DNA of 64,000 nt from Candidatus Palauibacter sp. (GTDB taxonomy: Bacteria > Gemmatimonadota > Gemmatimonadetes > Palauibacterales > Palauibacteraceae). The translations under genes and the position numbers were made by a program. This document shows, piece after piece, positions 38,403 through 47,319 of the stretch. The notes beneath the pieces were generated by a model, which ran no database searches, was not told where the DNA came from, and saw only the letters and a list, made by a program, of their open reading frames with translations. The stretch spans positions 1,458,992 through 1,522,991 of the forward strand of contig NZ_CBDANE010000005.1 of NCBI RefSeq assembly GCF_965197445.1, given 5' to 3'. Each line of letters begins with the position of its first letter. Positions within the stretch are counted from its first letter, which is position 1.

Positions 38403-41400
38403 CTATCCGTTCGGCGGCCAGGCGGGGAGGGCGCGGCCCGTCGTCCACGGCACGCCGGCCTCCTCCAGCCGATCCTCCAGCGCGGGCAGGTCCGTCTCGA
38501 TCAGCTGCCGCATGTCCGGATACAGCGCGGTGAAGGCGTCGTTCGCGATCCGGTACTGCTCGCGGTGCGTCTGCGTGGGGCCGTGCATGCCGTTCCAGTG
38601 GCCGCGGACGACCTGGTTCACGCGGGCCACGATCCCCGGCATTTCCGGCTCGGCGCGGGAGGCCCGGGTGCGGGAGCCGCTGAGCGTCTCCTGCAGGTCG
38701 AGCAGCCGCAGCTCCAGCGCCCGGGCGTCGTTGCGCAGGGCCGGGTCCGCCGCCGGCCAGCGGTCCACGGCCTGCTTCATGGACGAGATGCGGGCCATCG
38801 CGGCCGTCGCCACGCGCTGCGTCCCGGTGACGGCGCGGAGCAGCTCCCCGGTCTCCCGCTGGAAGGCGAGCACCGCCGCCCGGTCCCGGGGCGGGATCGC
38901 CGAGCCCCCCATGGGCGCGATCTCGAACGGCACCGGGCCCACCAGCTCGGTCACCTCGCCGTCCACGCGCTGCGAGAGCGACACCGTGTAGCTCCCCGGC
39001 AGCGCCATGGGTCCGTTGCCGCCGCCCCCGCCGAAGCCTCCGAAGCCGCCCCCGCCACCTCCGCCGCCCGTGACCGGGTTGTAGCCCGGATACCGGTAGT
39101 TCCACGTCGCCCGGCGCATGCCCCGCGAGGTCGACCCGTTCACCGTGTTCACGATGTTCCCATCCTCGTCCCGCACCGTGAGGAACACCCGCGGCGCCTC
39201 CTCCCGGTCCTCCGCCTCCAGCTCTTCCCACGTCGGGTAGGGCGTGTCGTCCCCTCGCCGCTGCGCCCGCCGCTCCTCCGCCTGCCGCGCCGCCTCCCGC
39301 GTGCGCAGCGTCTCGCCCACGTAGTAGGTGAACGTGGCCCCGAAGTCAGGGTTGTCCGCCGTGTAGAAGTCCGACCCGCTCGTGCCGCCCGGGCTCCATC
39401 TCAGGAACATCTCCCCGTTCTCCACCTCGAAGATGTGCCCCTCCGAGGCGAGAATCTCGTCCGACCGCGCCGCGAGTTCCCTGAGCGGCGTGTAGTCGTC
39501 GACCACATAGAAGGAGCGCCCGAAGGTGGCCGCGACGAGATCGCCCTCCCGCTTCTGGATCTCGAGTTCACGCACCGGGATCGTCGGCAGCCCGCTCCCC
39601 AGCTCGAGCCACGACCCGCCCCCGTCCACCGAGGCGAAAGCCGAGAATTCCGTCCCCACGAACAGCAGACTCGGCTCGACGTGGTCCTGTACGATCGTGA
39701 ACGCGGGGCCGTTCTCCGGCAGATCCGAAGCGATCGACGTCCACGTCACGCCGCGGTCCGTCGACTTCAGCACATAGGGTTGGAAGTCGCCCCGCTTGAA
39801 GTTGTTGATGACCGCGAACACAGTGTTCGGATCGTGCAGCGACGCCTCCACGTCGTGGACGAAGCTCGTGTCCGGCACCCCCGGAAAACTCTCCACCGCG
39901 CGCCAGTTCTCGCCCCCGTCCTCCGTCACCTGCACGAGACCGTCGTCCGTCCCCACGTAGATGAGCCCTTCCACAAGCGGCGATTCCGAGACCGCGACGA
40001 TGTGCCCGAACACCGACGTCGAGCGGTTCTTGCCCACCGCGTCCACGCTCCACACCCGGCCCATCACCTCGAGCTGGTTGCGGTCGATGTTCCGCGTGAG
40101 ATCGCCCGAGATCGGCCGCCAGGTCGAGGCCTGGTCGTCCGAGCGGAAGAGGATCTGCGCCCCATAGTAGAGACGGTGATTGTCGTGCGGGGACATGTGG
40201 AGCCCCGCGTCCCAGTACCAGCGCAGCGGGGGACCGTCCGCGTCCTCCTGCGGCTGGATGTCGAGCCGCTCCTTCGAGACGCGGTCGAAGCGCGACAGGA
40301 CGCCGTTTTGAAGCTGGGAGTAGATGATGTCGGGGTTCTCGGGGTCGATCACAGGGTCGAAGCCGTCGCCCCCCAGCGTCACGTACCAGTGCGAGTTCCG
40401 GATCCCCGCGTTGTCGAGCGTCTGCGAGGGGCCGCCCCACGTGTTGTTGTCCTGCGTCCCCCCGTACACGTAGTAGAACGGCTCGTCGTTCGAGGTCGCG
40501 ACCTTGTAGTACTGCGTGAGCGGCAGGTTGGCGAAGAAGTGCCAGTTCTCCCCGAAGTCCCGCGTCTCGTAGAGCCCCCCGTCGTTACCGAGGATGATGT
40601 GCTCCGGGTCGTCCGGATCGAACGCGATCGCATGGTGGTCGACGTGCACGCCCTGCGTGGGGAGCCGTCCCCACGTCTCCCCGCCGTCCTCCGACATCTG
40701 CACGAAGGTGTCGAGCGAGTAGATGCGGTCGAAGCGGTGCGGGTCCGCGTACAGTTCGTGGTAGTACATGGGCGCGCCCGACTGGTAGCGCGAGGTCCGC
40801 GACCAGTTCTCCCCCATGTTCTCCGAGCGGAAGGTGCCCCCGGCGTCGCCGGCCGCCTCCACGATGGCGTACAGGACGTCCGGCTGCTGCGGAGAGATCG
40901 CGAACCCGATGCGCCCCTTGTCCCCCGAGGGGAGGCCGCGGTTGATCTCCCGCCACGTGCTCCCGCCGTCGGTCGACTTGTGGATCCCCGAGCCGGGCCC
41001 GCCGTCGATCATCGTCCACTGGTGACGCCGCCGCTGCCACGAGGTCGCGTACATCACGTCGGGGTTCCGCGGGTCGAGGAAGACCTCGTTCACCCCCGTG
41101 TGTTCGTCGATCTCGAGCACCAGGTCCCAGCTCTCGCCGCCGTCCGTCGTCCGGTACAGCCCGCGCTCGCCGCCCTCGTTCCACAGCGGTCCCTGGGCCG
41201 CGACGAAGACGATGTCCGAATCATGAGGATGGACCGCGATCATCCCGATGTGTTCGGAGGTCTCGAGCCCCATGTTCGTGAACGAGCGCCCGCCGTCGAT
41301 CGACTTGTAGACGCCGTCCCCGTACCCGACCGAGCGCTGCCCGTTGTTCTCCCCCGTCCCGACCCAGAGCGTGAGATGGTCGCCGGGGTCGAGCGCGATG

Positions 41401-41771
41401 GCCCCGATGGAGTACGACCCGTAGTTGTCGAAGATGGGGGTCCAGGTGGTCCCGGCATTCGTCGTCTTCCACACGTTCCCGGAGGAGGCCGCCACGTACC
41501 ACACGCTCCGGTCCGTGGGATCGACCGCGATGTCCGCGATGCGCCCGGACGCGACGGCGGGGCCGATGCTCCGCCACTGGAGTCCGGAGATGAACCCGGA
41601 GTTCAGTTCGGCCGCCCCGTCGTCTTCGTCTTCACCCTCCTGGGCGGCCAGCGCTCCGGGGCCGCTGAGGGCGCCGAGACTCGCCATTACCGCGAGGAGG
41701 AGGGCGGGGAACCGCGAGATGACGCCGCAGCGGGCGTGTGGGTTCGCGTGGAACCTGTCGAGATCGATCAT
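38403..41771 (-). CDS. Secreted BNR/Asp-box (VPS10/sortilin-like) putative glycosyl hydrolase
   Basis: WRSIGP..SGRIADI; many S/TxDGGxTW Asp boxes; GGTQDN and ATFGRS motifs; start uncertain. Confidence 0.92.
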   Translation of the reverse strand: MIDLDRFHANPHARCGVISRFPALLLAVMASLGALSGPGALAAQEGEDEDDGAAELNSGFISGLQWRSIGPAVASGRIADIAVDPTDRSVWYVAASSGNVWKTTNAGTTWTPIFDNYGSYSIGAIALDPGDHLTLWVGTGENNGQRSVGYGDGVYKSIDGGRSFTNMGLETSEHIGMIAVHPHDSDIVFVAAQGPLWNEGGERGLYRTTDGGESWDLVLEIDEHTGVNEVFLDPRNPDVMYATSWQRRRHQWTMIDGGPGSGIHKSTDGGSTWREINRGLPSGDKGRIGFAISPQQPDVLYAIVEAAGDAGGTFRSENMGENWSRTSRYQSGAPMYYHELYADPHRFDRIYSLDTFVQMSEDGGETWGRLPTQGVHVDHHAIAFDPDDPEHIILGNDGGLYETRDFGENWHFFANLPLTQYYKVATSNDEPFYYVYGGTQDNNTWGGPSQTLDNAGIRNSHWYVTLGGDGFDPVIDPENPDIIYSQLQNGVLSRFDRVSKERLDIQPQEDADGPPLRWYWDAGLHMSPHDNHRLYYGAQILFRSDDQASTWRPISGDLTRNIDRNQLEVMGRVWSVDAVGKNRSTSVFGHIVAVSESPLVEGLIYVGTDDGLVQVTEDGGENWRAVESFPGVPDTSFVHDVEASLHDPNTVFAVINNFKRGDFQPYVLKSTDRGVTWTSIASDLPENGPAFTIVQDHVEPSLLFVGTEFSAFASVDGGGSWLELGSGLPTIPVRELEIQKREGDLVAATFGRSFYVVDDYTPLRELAARSDEILASEGHIFEVENGEMFLRWSPGGTSGSDFYTADNPDFGATFTYYVGETLRTREAARQAEERRAQRRGDDTPYPTWEELEAEDREEAPRVFLTVRDEDGNIVNTVNGSTSRGMRRATWNYRYPGYNPVTGGGGGGGGFGGFGGGGGNGPMALPGSYTVSLSQRVDGEVTELVGPVPFEIAPMGGSAIPPRDRAAVLAFQRETGELLRAVTGTQRVATAAMARISSMKQAVDRWPAADPALRNDARALELRLLDLQETLSGSRTRASRAEPEMPGIVARVNQVVRGHWNGMHGPTQTHREQYRIANDAFTALYPDMRQLIETDLPALEDRLEEAGVPWTTGRALPAWPPNG

Positions 41772-41878
41772 GATCGCACCTTGTCGGCTTTAGCTGTGGC
41801 TATCGGGCGGTGCCGCGTGTGGAATTCGTGGCTTGGGAAGGTCGGCCCGGGGATGGGAGGCGGGCAACCCGTGCGGTG

Positions 41879-42280
41879 TCAGGCGGGGTCGGTCCCGGTG
41901 CCTGGCAGGGGGACGCCGAACACGCGGCCTTCGAGACGGGCCACCCGGTCGGCCATGGCGACCCGGGTCTCGACCAGTTCGTCACGGACCGCGTCAACGC
42001 GGTCACCCAGACGCTTCTCCACGCCGCGGAGTTCGGCGCGCACGTCCGCAATCTGCTTCTCGAGCCTGGTCCGTCCTTCCACACCCTCCTTGCGCACGCC
42101 CGCGATGTCGCTCTTGAGTTCCGTGCGCAGCGTGCCGAGTTCGCCCTTGATTTCCGTGCGCAACTTGCCGATGTCGCCCTTCAATTCCGTGCGCTGGTTG
42201 CGCAGGAAGCGGCCGACCGCGAGAACGCTGCCGATCAGCGATGCGAACAGGACGATGTCAGCAATCAAATCCGTTCCCAT
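41879..42280 (-). CDS. Small membrane-anchored coiled-coil protein (DUF1640/CCDC90-like)
   Basis: N-terminal TM helix, 11-residue repeats (RTELKGDIGKL / RTEIKGELGTL / RTELKSDIAGV), RVARLEG tail. Confidence 0.8.
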   Translation of the reverse strand: MGTDLIADIVLFASLIGSVLAVGRFLRNQRTELKGDIGKLRTEIKGELGTLRTELKSDIAGVRKEGVEGRTRLEKQIADVRAELRGVEKRLGDRVDAVRDELVETRVAMADRVARLEGRVFGVPLPGTGTDPA

Positions 42281-42314
42281 GGTGTTACACAGACTCCCAT
42301 GAAGGTTCGCGCAC

Positions 42315-42338
42315 GAGCGGGGGCCGCGGCCCCCGCTC
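42315..42338. repeat. Perfect 24-bp palindrome
   Basis: GAGCGGGGGCCGCGGCCCCCGCTC equals its own reverse complement. Confidence 0.9.
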
Positions 42339-42449
42339 CTCGATCCACGCCGAACCTCCGGTCGCCAGTCAACGTGCCATCATCCCGGGAGTGCATCAAC
42401 CTGCGGAGTCAGGCCCCTCTCGCCGCGCCTCGGCGGAACGGGGCGGTGT

Positions 42450-42563
42450 CTATTCCACCGCGACGGGGTGGGGAAGGACGAGGTTCAGGCGATAGCCTTT
42501 GGCGTTGAAGATGGCGCCCGCCGGCTGCCGGAGCCCCGTCTCGTCGGTGGCGCGGGTGCGGAG
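42450..42563 (-). pseudogene. C-terminal fragment of a sulfite-oxidase-family molybdoenzyme
   Basis: LRTRATDETGLRQPAGAIFNAKGYRLNLVLPHPVAVE* fits the RATD..G..QP...N..GY..N Moco dimerisation-domain tail. Confidence 0.65.
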
Positions 42564-42607
42564 GACGGTCTGGGGGAAGGGGACCGGGTCGCGGTGGCGA
42601 GCTTCGA
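42564..42607 (+). repeat. 44-bp patch homologous to 59851-59894 (BatA/vWA gene)
   Basis: 41/44 identical by manual alignment. Confidence 0.92.
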
Positions 42608-42778
42608 CCCGCGAGCGAACCTCCAACGTGCCTCCCCGCCTATACCGCATCAACCGTCGGAAACACCGGTCCTGGGTTCGGGCGGGAAATGGTGGCCCCG
42701 GGCTCTCGCGGCTATCGTTTCGGCGTCGTCTTCCCCTGCACATCCGCGTTCGCGAACGAGGGAGGTCGCACGCACTTC

Positions 42779-43420
42779 ATGCCCGGTGACATTCGAGACG
42801 CCCCGGCATACGGGGTCTCAGAGGCGGCCCGGTTCATCCGCATACCAAGGGCCACCCTGGCGTACTGGACTCGTGGCCGGCGACCGCTGATCGAACCTCC
42901 TCAGCCCGGAGGGCCGTTGTCCTTCAACAACCTCGTTGAGGCTCATGTGCTCCGCGCCCTGCGGAGCGTCCATGGCGCGAGAATGGGGAACGTGCGATCG
43001 GCGCTCTCGTATGCGGACGAACAGCTGGGGATCTCGCGCCTGCTGCTGCACGACGAACTCCTCACCAGCGGTGGCGACCTGTTCCTGCAGGAACTCGACC
43101 ACCTCATTAACCCGTCGCGGTCGGGACAGCTCGCGCTTCGAAAGCTGCTGGAGGACTGCCTCAACCGCGTGGAGCGCGACGACCGGCGCCTCCCGTTCCG
43201 GCTTTATCCCGTTCTTCCGCGACAATCGGCGCACGCGCGGGCCATTTCCATCAACCCAAGGGTCTCGTTTGGCCGACCTGTGTTGGCTGGATCCGGCGTG
43301 TCCACTCGGGCCCTTGTAGACCGCATCGACGCCGGCGAAGACATCGCCGCCATAGCCCACGACTACGGTCTGGCCGAGAGCCAGATCCACGACGCCGTCC
43401 TCTACGAGGCGGCCGCCTAG
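42779..43420 (+). CDS. HTH-DUF433 antitoxin (VapB45-like), no toxin partner
   Basis: YGVSEAAR, LSFNNLVEAHVL, INPRVSFGRPVL, AGE.I..IAHDYGL. Confidence 0.9.
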   Translation: MPGDIRDAPAYGVSEAARFIRIPRATLAYWTRGRRPLIEPPQPGGPLSFNNLVEAHVLRALRSVHGARMGNVRSALSYADEQLGISRLLLHDELLTSGGDLFLQELDHLINPSRSGQLALRKLLEDCLNRVERDDRRLPFRLYPVLPRQSAHARAISINPRVSFGRPVLAGSGVSTRALVDRIDAGEDIAAIAHDYGLAESQIHDAVLYEAAA

Positions 43421-43428
43421 ACCGATTC

Positions 43429-44314
43429 CTACGCATGAATCCGGAACACCTGTTCCCGGTGATACTCCAGAAAGCTGGGATGGGGGCGGTGCGACGACAT
43501 ATCCGGCACCTTCAAGCGCCGGTCCTCGTTGATGATGCGGAGGAAGTGGCCGGGGATCGCTCCCTCCCTGAGCAGCAGCGTGTAGTCGTCGGTGATCGAG
43601 ATGAGGCCGCGGTCGAACATCCAGTGCGCGGTTCCACACAGCGCCAGGCCGTTGCGCATGCTGTCGGGCCCGCTCTCGGAGACGGGTTTGATGTGGGCCG
43701 CCTGAACCTCCGGTCGCCCGCCGCCGTTGATGATCCGGAGTCCCGTGACCGCGCAGGTGTTTTCGTACGCCGTGCGGACGGCTGTCGAGAAGACCCGGTC
43801 CCGGAACGGTCGGCGCGAGATCTGCTCTACGATGCGGCGCTCCGTCTCCACGGGATCGCGCTCCATCATGCGCCATCGCGTCTCGGCAAAGTCGTGGAAT
43901 CCCGCGTGGAGAATCAGGTGGTACTCGGCGTCGCGGATCGTCCGGACCGCGCGCCCGAACCGCCCCTTGTTCGGGGTGCCGTCCGCCTTCCGCAGGTTCC
44001 GCTCGTAGTAGAAGCTCCCCTCACGGAAGGGGACGGGCGTGTCGAACTCGAGGTAGTCCTTCACATATCCGTAGTAGTGACCGGCGAGGCGCGGATCCTC
44101 CTCGATGCTCGCGAGGCGGGCCGTGGCGAAATAGGACAGGCGTCCCCCGGAGCTGGACTCGATGGGCTGTGGAGCGCCGCGGTTCGTAATACACGATCCA
44201 GTCGCCCAGCGCGGCTTCAACCGCCCGTAGGTACGTCTTCGGGAAGTGGTACCGCTGCTCCGGCAGATCGTCGTAGGCGGGATTCACCTTGGTCGTGAAA
44301 ACGGCCTTCGCCAT
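43429..44314 (-). pseudogene. HNH endonuclease (putative modification-dependent restriction enzyme), frameshifted at about 44165
   Basis: MAKAVF..YDDLPEQRYHFPKTYL..WIVYYEPRR in one frame; GGRLSYFATA..CAVTG..AAHIKP..NGLALC..HWMFDRG in the +1 frame. Confidence 0.85.
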
Positions 44315-44319
44315 GGCGC

Positions 44320-44829
44320 CTACCGGGTCAACTCGGTCATCCCCGAACGCCGCGGCGGGGTGCCGAGCGGAAGGGTGTCGATCTCCCCGTCCATGTATTC
44401 GAGACGCGTCGCGAGGCTGAGATCCTCCCACTCGATCCAGTGCCGCCGGCGAAAGGGCGGGGGCCAGCCGAGGGCTTCCTCGTGCAGGAACACGTAGCGC
44501 CCCTCCCCGTCCCGGCGGTAGAGCGCCAGCGTGTCCGGAAGGCCGGAGCACTCCCGGAATCCGCGCCAAAATTCTCCGGGCGCGTACGAGATGACCTCGT
44601 CGTCATCGATCCACGCGTACCGGACCTGGAATCGTCCGATGCCGCCGGCCTCGAAGCACCCGTCTGCCGACTCCGCGGCCACATGGCCGAGGGTTACGCC
44701 GCCGCAGGAAATCCGAATCCGTTCGGGGACCAGCCCGGACCCCGGCCACTCGCGCGGCGGCAGATCCTCGTCTCCGCAAACGAACACGATGTCATACCGG
44801 CTTTGGTCTCGCGCCCCGACGTTTCCCAT
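44320..44829 (-). CDS. Hypothetical protein
   Basis: ATG 44829 after GGAGG; stop 5 bp before the HNH start; aromatic/acidic globular sequence. Confidence 0.6.
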   Translation of the reverse strand: MGNVGARDQSRYDIVFVCGDEDLPPREWPGSGLVPERIRISCGGVTLGHVAAESADGCFEAGGIGRFQVRYAWIDDDEVISYAPGEFWRGFRECSGLPDTLALYRRDGEGRYVFLHEEALGWPPPFRRRHWIEWEDLSLATRLEYMDGEIDTLPLGTPPRRSGMTELTR

Positions 44830-44997
44830 TCCGCCTCCCGGCCTTCGGTCAAGCTCCTCGTTCGGCCTCGATGATTCCGGGCAGGACGAACCTCCCGTCC
44901 GTCCGGCACCAGAAGATGAGACAGCGGCAGCGGCCTCATCAACCCCGCGTCGGGAGCCCACCTGACGGTCGGTAGACGGGAAGACGTTGACCGCAGC

Positions 44998-45972
44998 TTA
45001 GAGTGGCGGGCTGCGGAAGACCTCACTGGAGTGCCAGTCCACGAATGGGCGCGCGGGTGCCCGCGACTCGGTGCGGGGACACCGAATCCGGCGGTCGGAG
45101 AACTCGATGAGCGACCCGGCGGCCTCGCCGCGCGACTCCCGCACGTCGTGAGAAACGAGCACGTTGAAGCCCGTCCCCCTGCGTTCCTCCAAGCCGAGCG
45201 CGCCGCGGTCGAAGGCCTCGTGATGTAGAAGGCAGAGGGCGAGGCCGTTCACCACTTCATCGGGACCGGCGTGGGAATGCCATTGGATGTGCGCGGCTTC
45301 CAAGCCGAGCGGCATTGCACCGAAGCGGATGTCGAGGTCGCACACCGCACAGCGCTCCATGTATTCGTCGAGCACTCTCCTGCGGAACAAGGGATCGCGA
45401 CGCCGTCGGCGCGCCAGGTACGAATAGAAGCTCGGCGGGTCGACCTCCCGTTCCCGAAGCGTCGGGGTTGCAGAGGAATCTTCCGCCTCACTCGCCATCC
45501 GCTCTCCCCGGATGCCGGCCGCCTCGCGGATCTCCCGATGCAGGGATTCGGGAAAATGTCCGTGCAGGATCTCCTCCACGGCTCGCCATGCGAGACCGGG
45601 ATCGACGCGAAGGAGGTCGTGCACTCGCTCCGGGAAGCCTCCCTCGACGCCCAGATCCCTCAACTGCCGAACATACAGGTCTCCGCTCGCGTTCTTCCGA
45701 AGCTCCGCATACCGAGGGATCTCCCAGAGTCCATCGGAAAGCAGCCAGCGGAACGGATACTGGGGACGAACGGCGCTCCTGGGTAACCCGAAGCGCCGCA
45801 TCAGGTCACCGACGCGCCGATCCACCTCCGCGTACCTGACCAGACGGTCGCGGTCGCGCAGCACGCGGCCCAAGGCGAAGAGGAGGAGGAGCGGCTTGTG
45901 CGGCGCCCGCCTGCCCCGGCGCTGGTAGGTGTTGAGTTGCGCCAGGTGACGGAGGAACTCAGCGGGAGTCAT
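44998..45972 (-). CDS. SBD-HNH phosphorothioate-dependent restriction endonuclease-like protein
   Basis: APHKPLLLL and YPFRWLLSDGLW (sulfur-binding-domain-like); RDPLFR..CAVC..EAAHI..NGLALC..HH.AFDRG. Confidence 0.85.
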   Translation of the reverse strand: MTPAEFLRHLAQLNTYQRRGRRAPHKPLLLLFALGRVLRDRDRLVRYAEVDRRVGDLMRRFGLPRSAVRPQYPFRWLLSDGLWEIPRYAELRKNASGDLYVRQLRDLGVEGGFPERVHDLLRVDPGLAWRAVEEILHGHFPESLHREIREAAGIRGERMASEAEDSSATPTLREREVDPPSFYSYLARRRRRDPLFRRRVLDEYMERCAVCDLDIRFGAMPLGLEAAHIQWHSHAGPDEVVNGLALCLLHHEAFDRGALGLEERRGTGFNVLVSHDVRESRGEAAGSLIEFSDRRIRCPRTESRAPARPFVDWHSSEVFRSPPL

Positions 45973-46070
45973 TGATTCTGCGGATTCTCTCATCAGAGCG
46001 AAAGATGAGACTTCCACGATCACGTTCTCAACCCACGTCAGGCAACGGATCGCCGTGCAAGTGAATTTTG

Positions 46071-46107
46071 CATTGAAATTTGATCGGTCGTCGATCATAT
46101 TTCAATG
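46071..46107. promoter_or_regulatory. Inverted repeat overlapping the ATPase start, in the divergent promoter region
   Basis: CATTGAAATTTGATCG-gtcgt-CGATCATATTTCAATG; 16-bp arms with one mismatch. Confidence 0.75.
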
Positions 46108-47271
46108 ATGGAAATCATCCGAGAACACGATTTACGTCGCGTCCGCCTGTTGCTGGGAGAGTTTCCGGTCGTCGCGCTGCTGGGGGCGCGACAGGTGGGC
46201 AAGACCACGCTGGCCCGGCAGCTGGCGGCGGCGTACTCCGAGCCCGTGGCCTGGTTCGACCTCGAGGATCCCGCCGATCTTGCGCGGCTGGACGATCCCG
46301 GGCTGGAACTGCGGCCGCTCAAGGGTCTCGTGGTTCTGGACGAAATCCACCGCCTGCCCGACATCTTCCAGCTCCTGCGCGTCCTCGCGGACCGCCCCGG
46401 CCCGCAGGCCCGCTTCCTCGTACTGGGGAGCGCTTCGCCCGCACTCCTGCGTCAAACGTCGGAGTCGCTCGCCGGACGTGTCGCGTTCCACGAACTCGAT
46501 GGCTTTGACCTCACCGATGTGGACGACCTGGAACGGCTCTGGCTGCGGGGTGGGTTCCCGCGCTCGTTCCTGGCGAGATCGGAAGCCGCGAGCCGCCGCT
46601 GGCGCGACGGGTTCATCCGCACGCTTCTGGCGAGGGACCTCCCGGAACTCGGGAGCACCATCCCGTCGGCGACGCTCCGCCGCTTCTGGGCGATGCTCGC
46701 GCATTGGCACGGACAGATCTGGAACGGCGCCGAGTTCGCACGCGCCTTCGGCGTCTCCCACGCGACGGTCCGGCGGTATCTCGACCTCCTGACCTCGGTC
46801 TTCGTGGTGCGGCAACTCCAGCCCTGGTTCGAGAACATCAGCAAACGACAGGTCAAGTCGCCCAAAGTCTACATCGGTGATTCGGGGGTCCTCCACGCTT
46901 TACTCGGTCTCTCCGGCCGGGCCGACGTCGTGTCACATCCAAAGGTCGGCGCTTCCTGGGAAGGGTTCGTCATCCAACAGGTAGTTCAGCTTCTGCGGGC
47001 ACCCGCGGAGCAGTGCTTCCATTGGTCCACGCACACGGGCGCGGAACTCGATCTGCTCGTGATGGACGGAGCGAACCGCTACGGGTTCGAGGTCAAGCGA
47101 GCAGAGGCGCCCAAGCTCACCCGGTCGATGCGTTCGGCGCTCGAGACGCTGAACCTGGACCGTCTGGACGTGGTTCACGCCGGGACGGAGCGCTACCGGC
47201 TGGCCCCGAATGTGCGCGCGCTTCCCGCGGCGGAGCTTGCCGAAACACTGGACTCCCTTCCCGGCAGGTGA
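46105..47271 (+). CDS. AAA_14 + DUF4143 ATP-binding protein
   Basis: GARQVGKT, LDEIH, LGSAS, ESLAGR, GGFP, KSPKVY..DSG; C-terminal ELD..FEVK nuclease-like motif. Confidence 0.93.
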   Translation: MMEIIREHDLRRVRLLLGEFPVVALLGARQVGKTTLARQLAAAYSEPVAWFDLEDPADLARLDDPGLELRPLKGLVVLDEIHRLPDIFQLLRVLADRPGPQARFLVLGSASPALLRQTSESLAGRVAFHELDGFDLTDVDDLERLWLRGGFPRSFLARSEAASRRWRDGFIRTLLARDLPELGSTIPSATLRRFWAMLAHWHGQIWNGAEFARAFGVSHATVRRYLDLLTSVFVVRQLQPWFENISKRQVKSPKVYIGDSGVLHALLGLSGRADVVSHPKVGASWEGFVIQQVVQLLRAPAEQCFHWSTHTGAELDLLVMDGANRYGFEVKRAEAPKLTRSMRSALETLNLDRLDVVHAGTERYRLAPNVRALPAAELAETLDSLPGR

Positions 47272-47319
47272 CGAGAAGACCGATGGCTACAAGGACCCTC
47301 CAAGAGAGATGGACATCGA

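Noticed and set aside
34492-39064. Diversity-generating retroelement (TR/VR pairs) as the explanation for the repeats
   Set aside because: Differences are not adenine-specific, include large deletions and many synonymous changes, and no reverse transcriptase is present
38565-42302. Very long antisense or alternate-frame ORFs (1245 aa here; also 7099-9513, 9249-11675, 17776-20142, 50296-52653, 54374-56710, 58300-61074)
   Set aside because: Shadow ORFs opposite well-supported genes, expected from high-GC codon bias; no protein motifs
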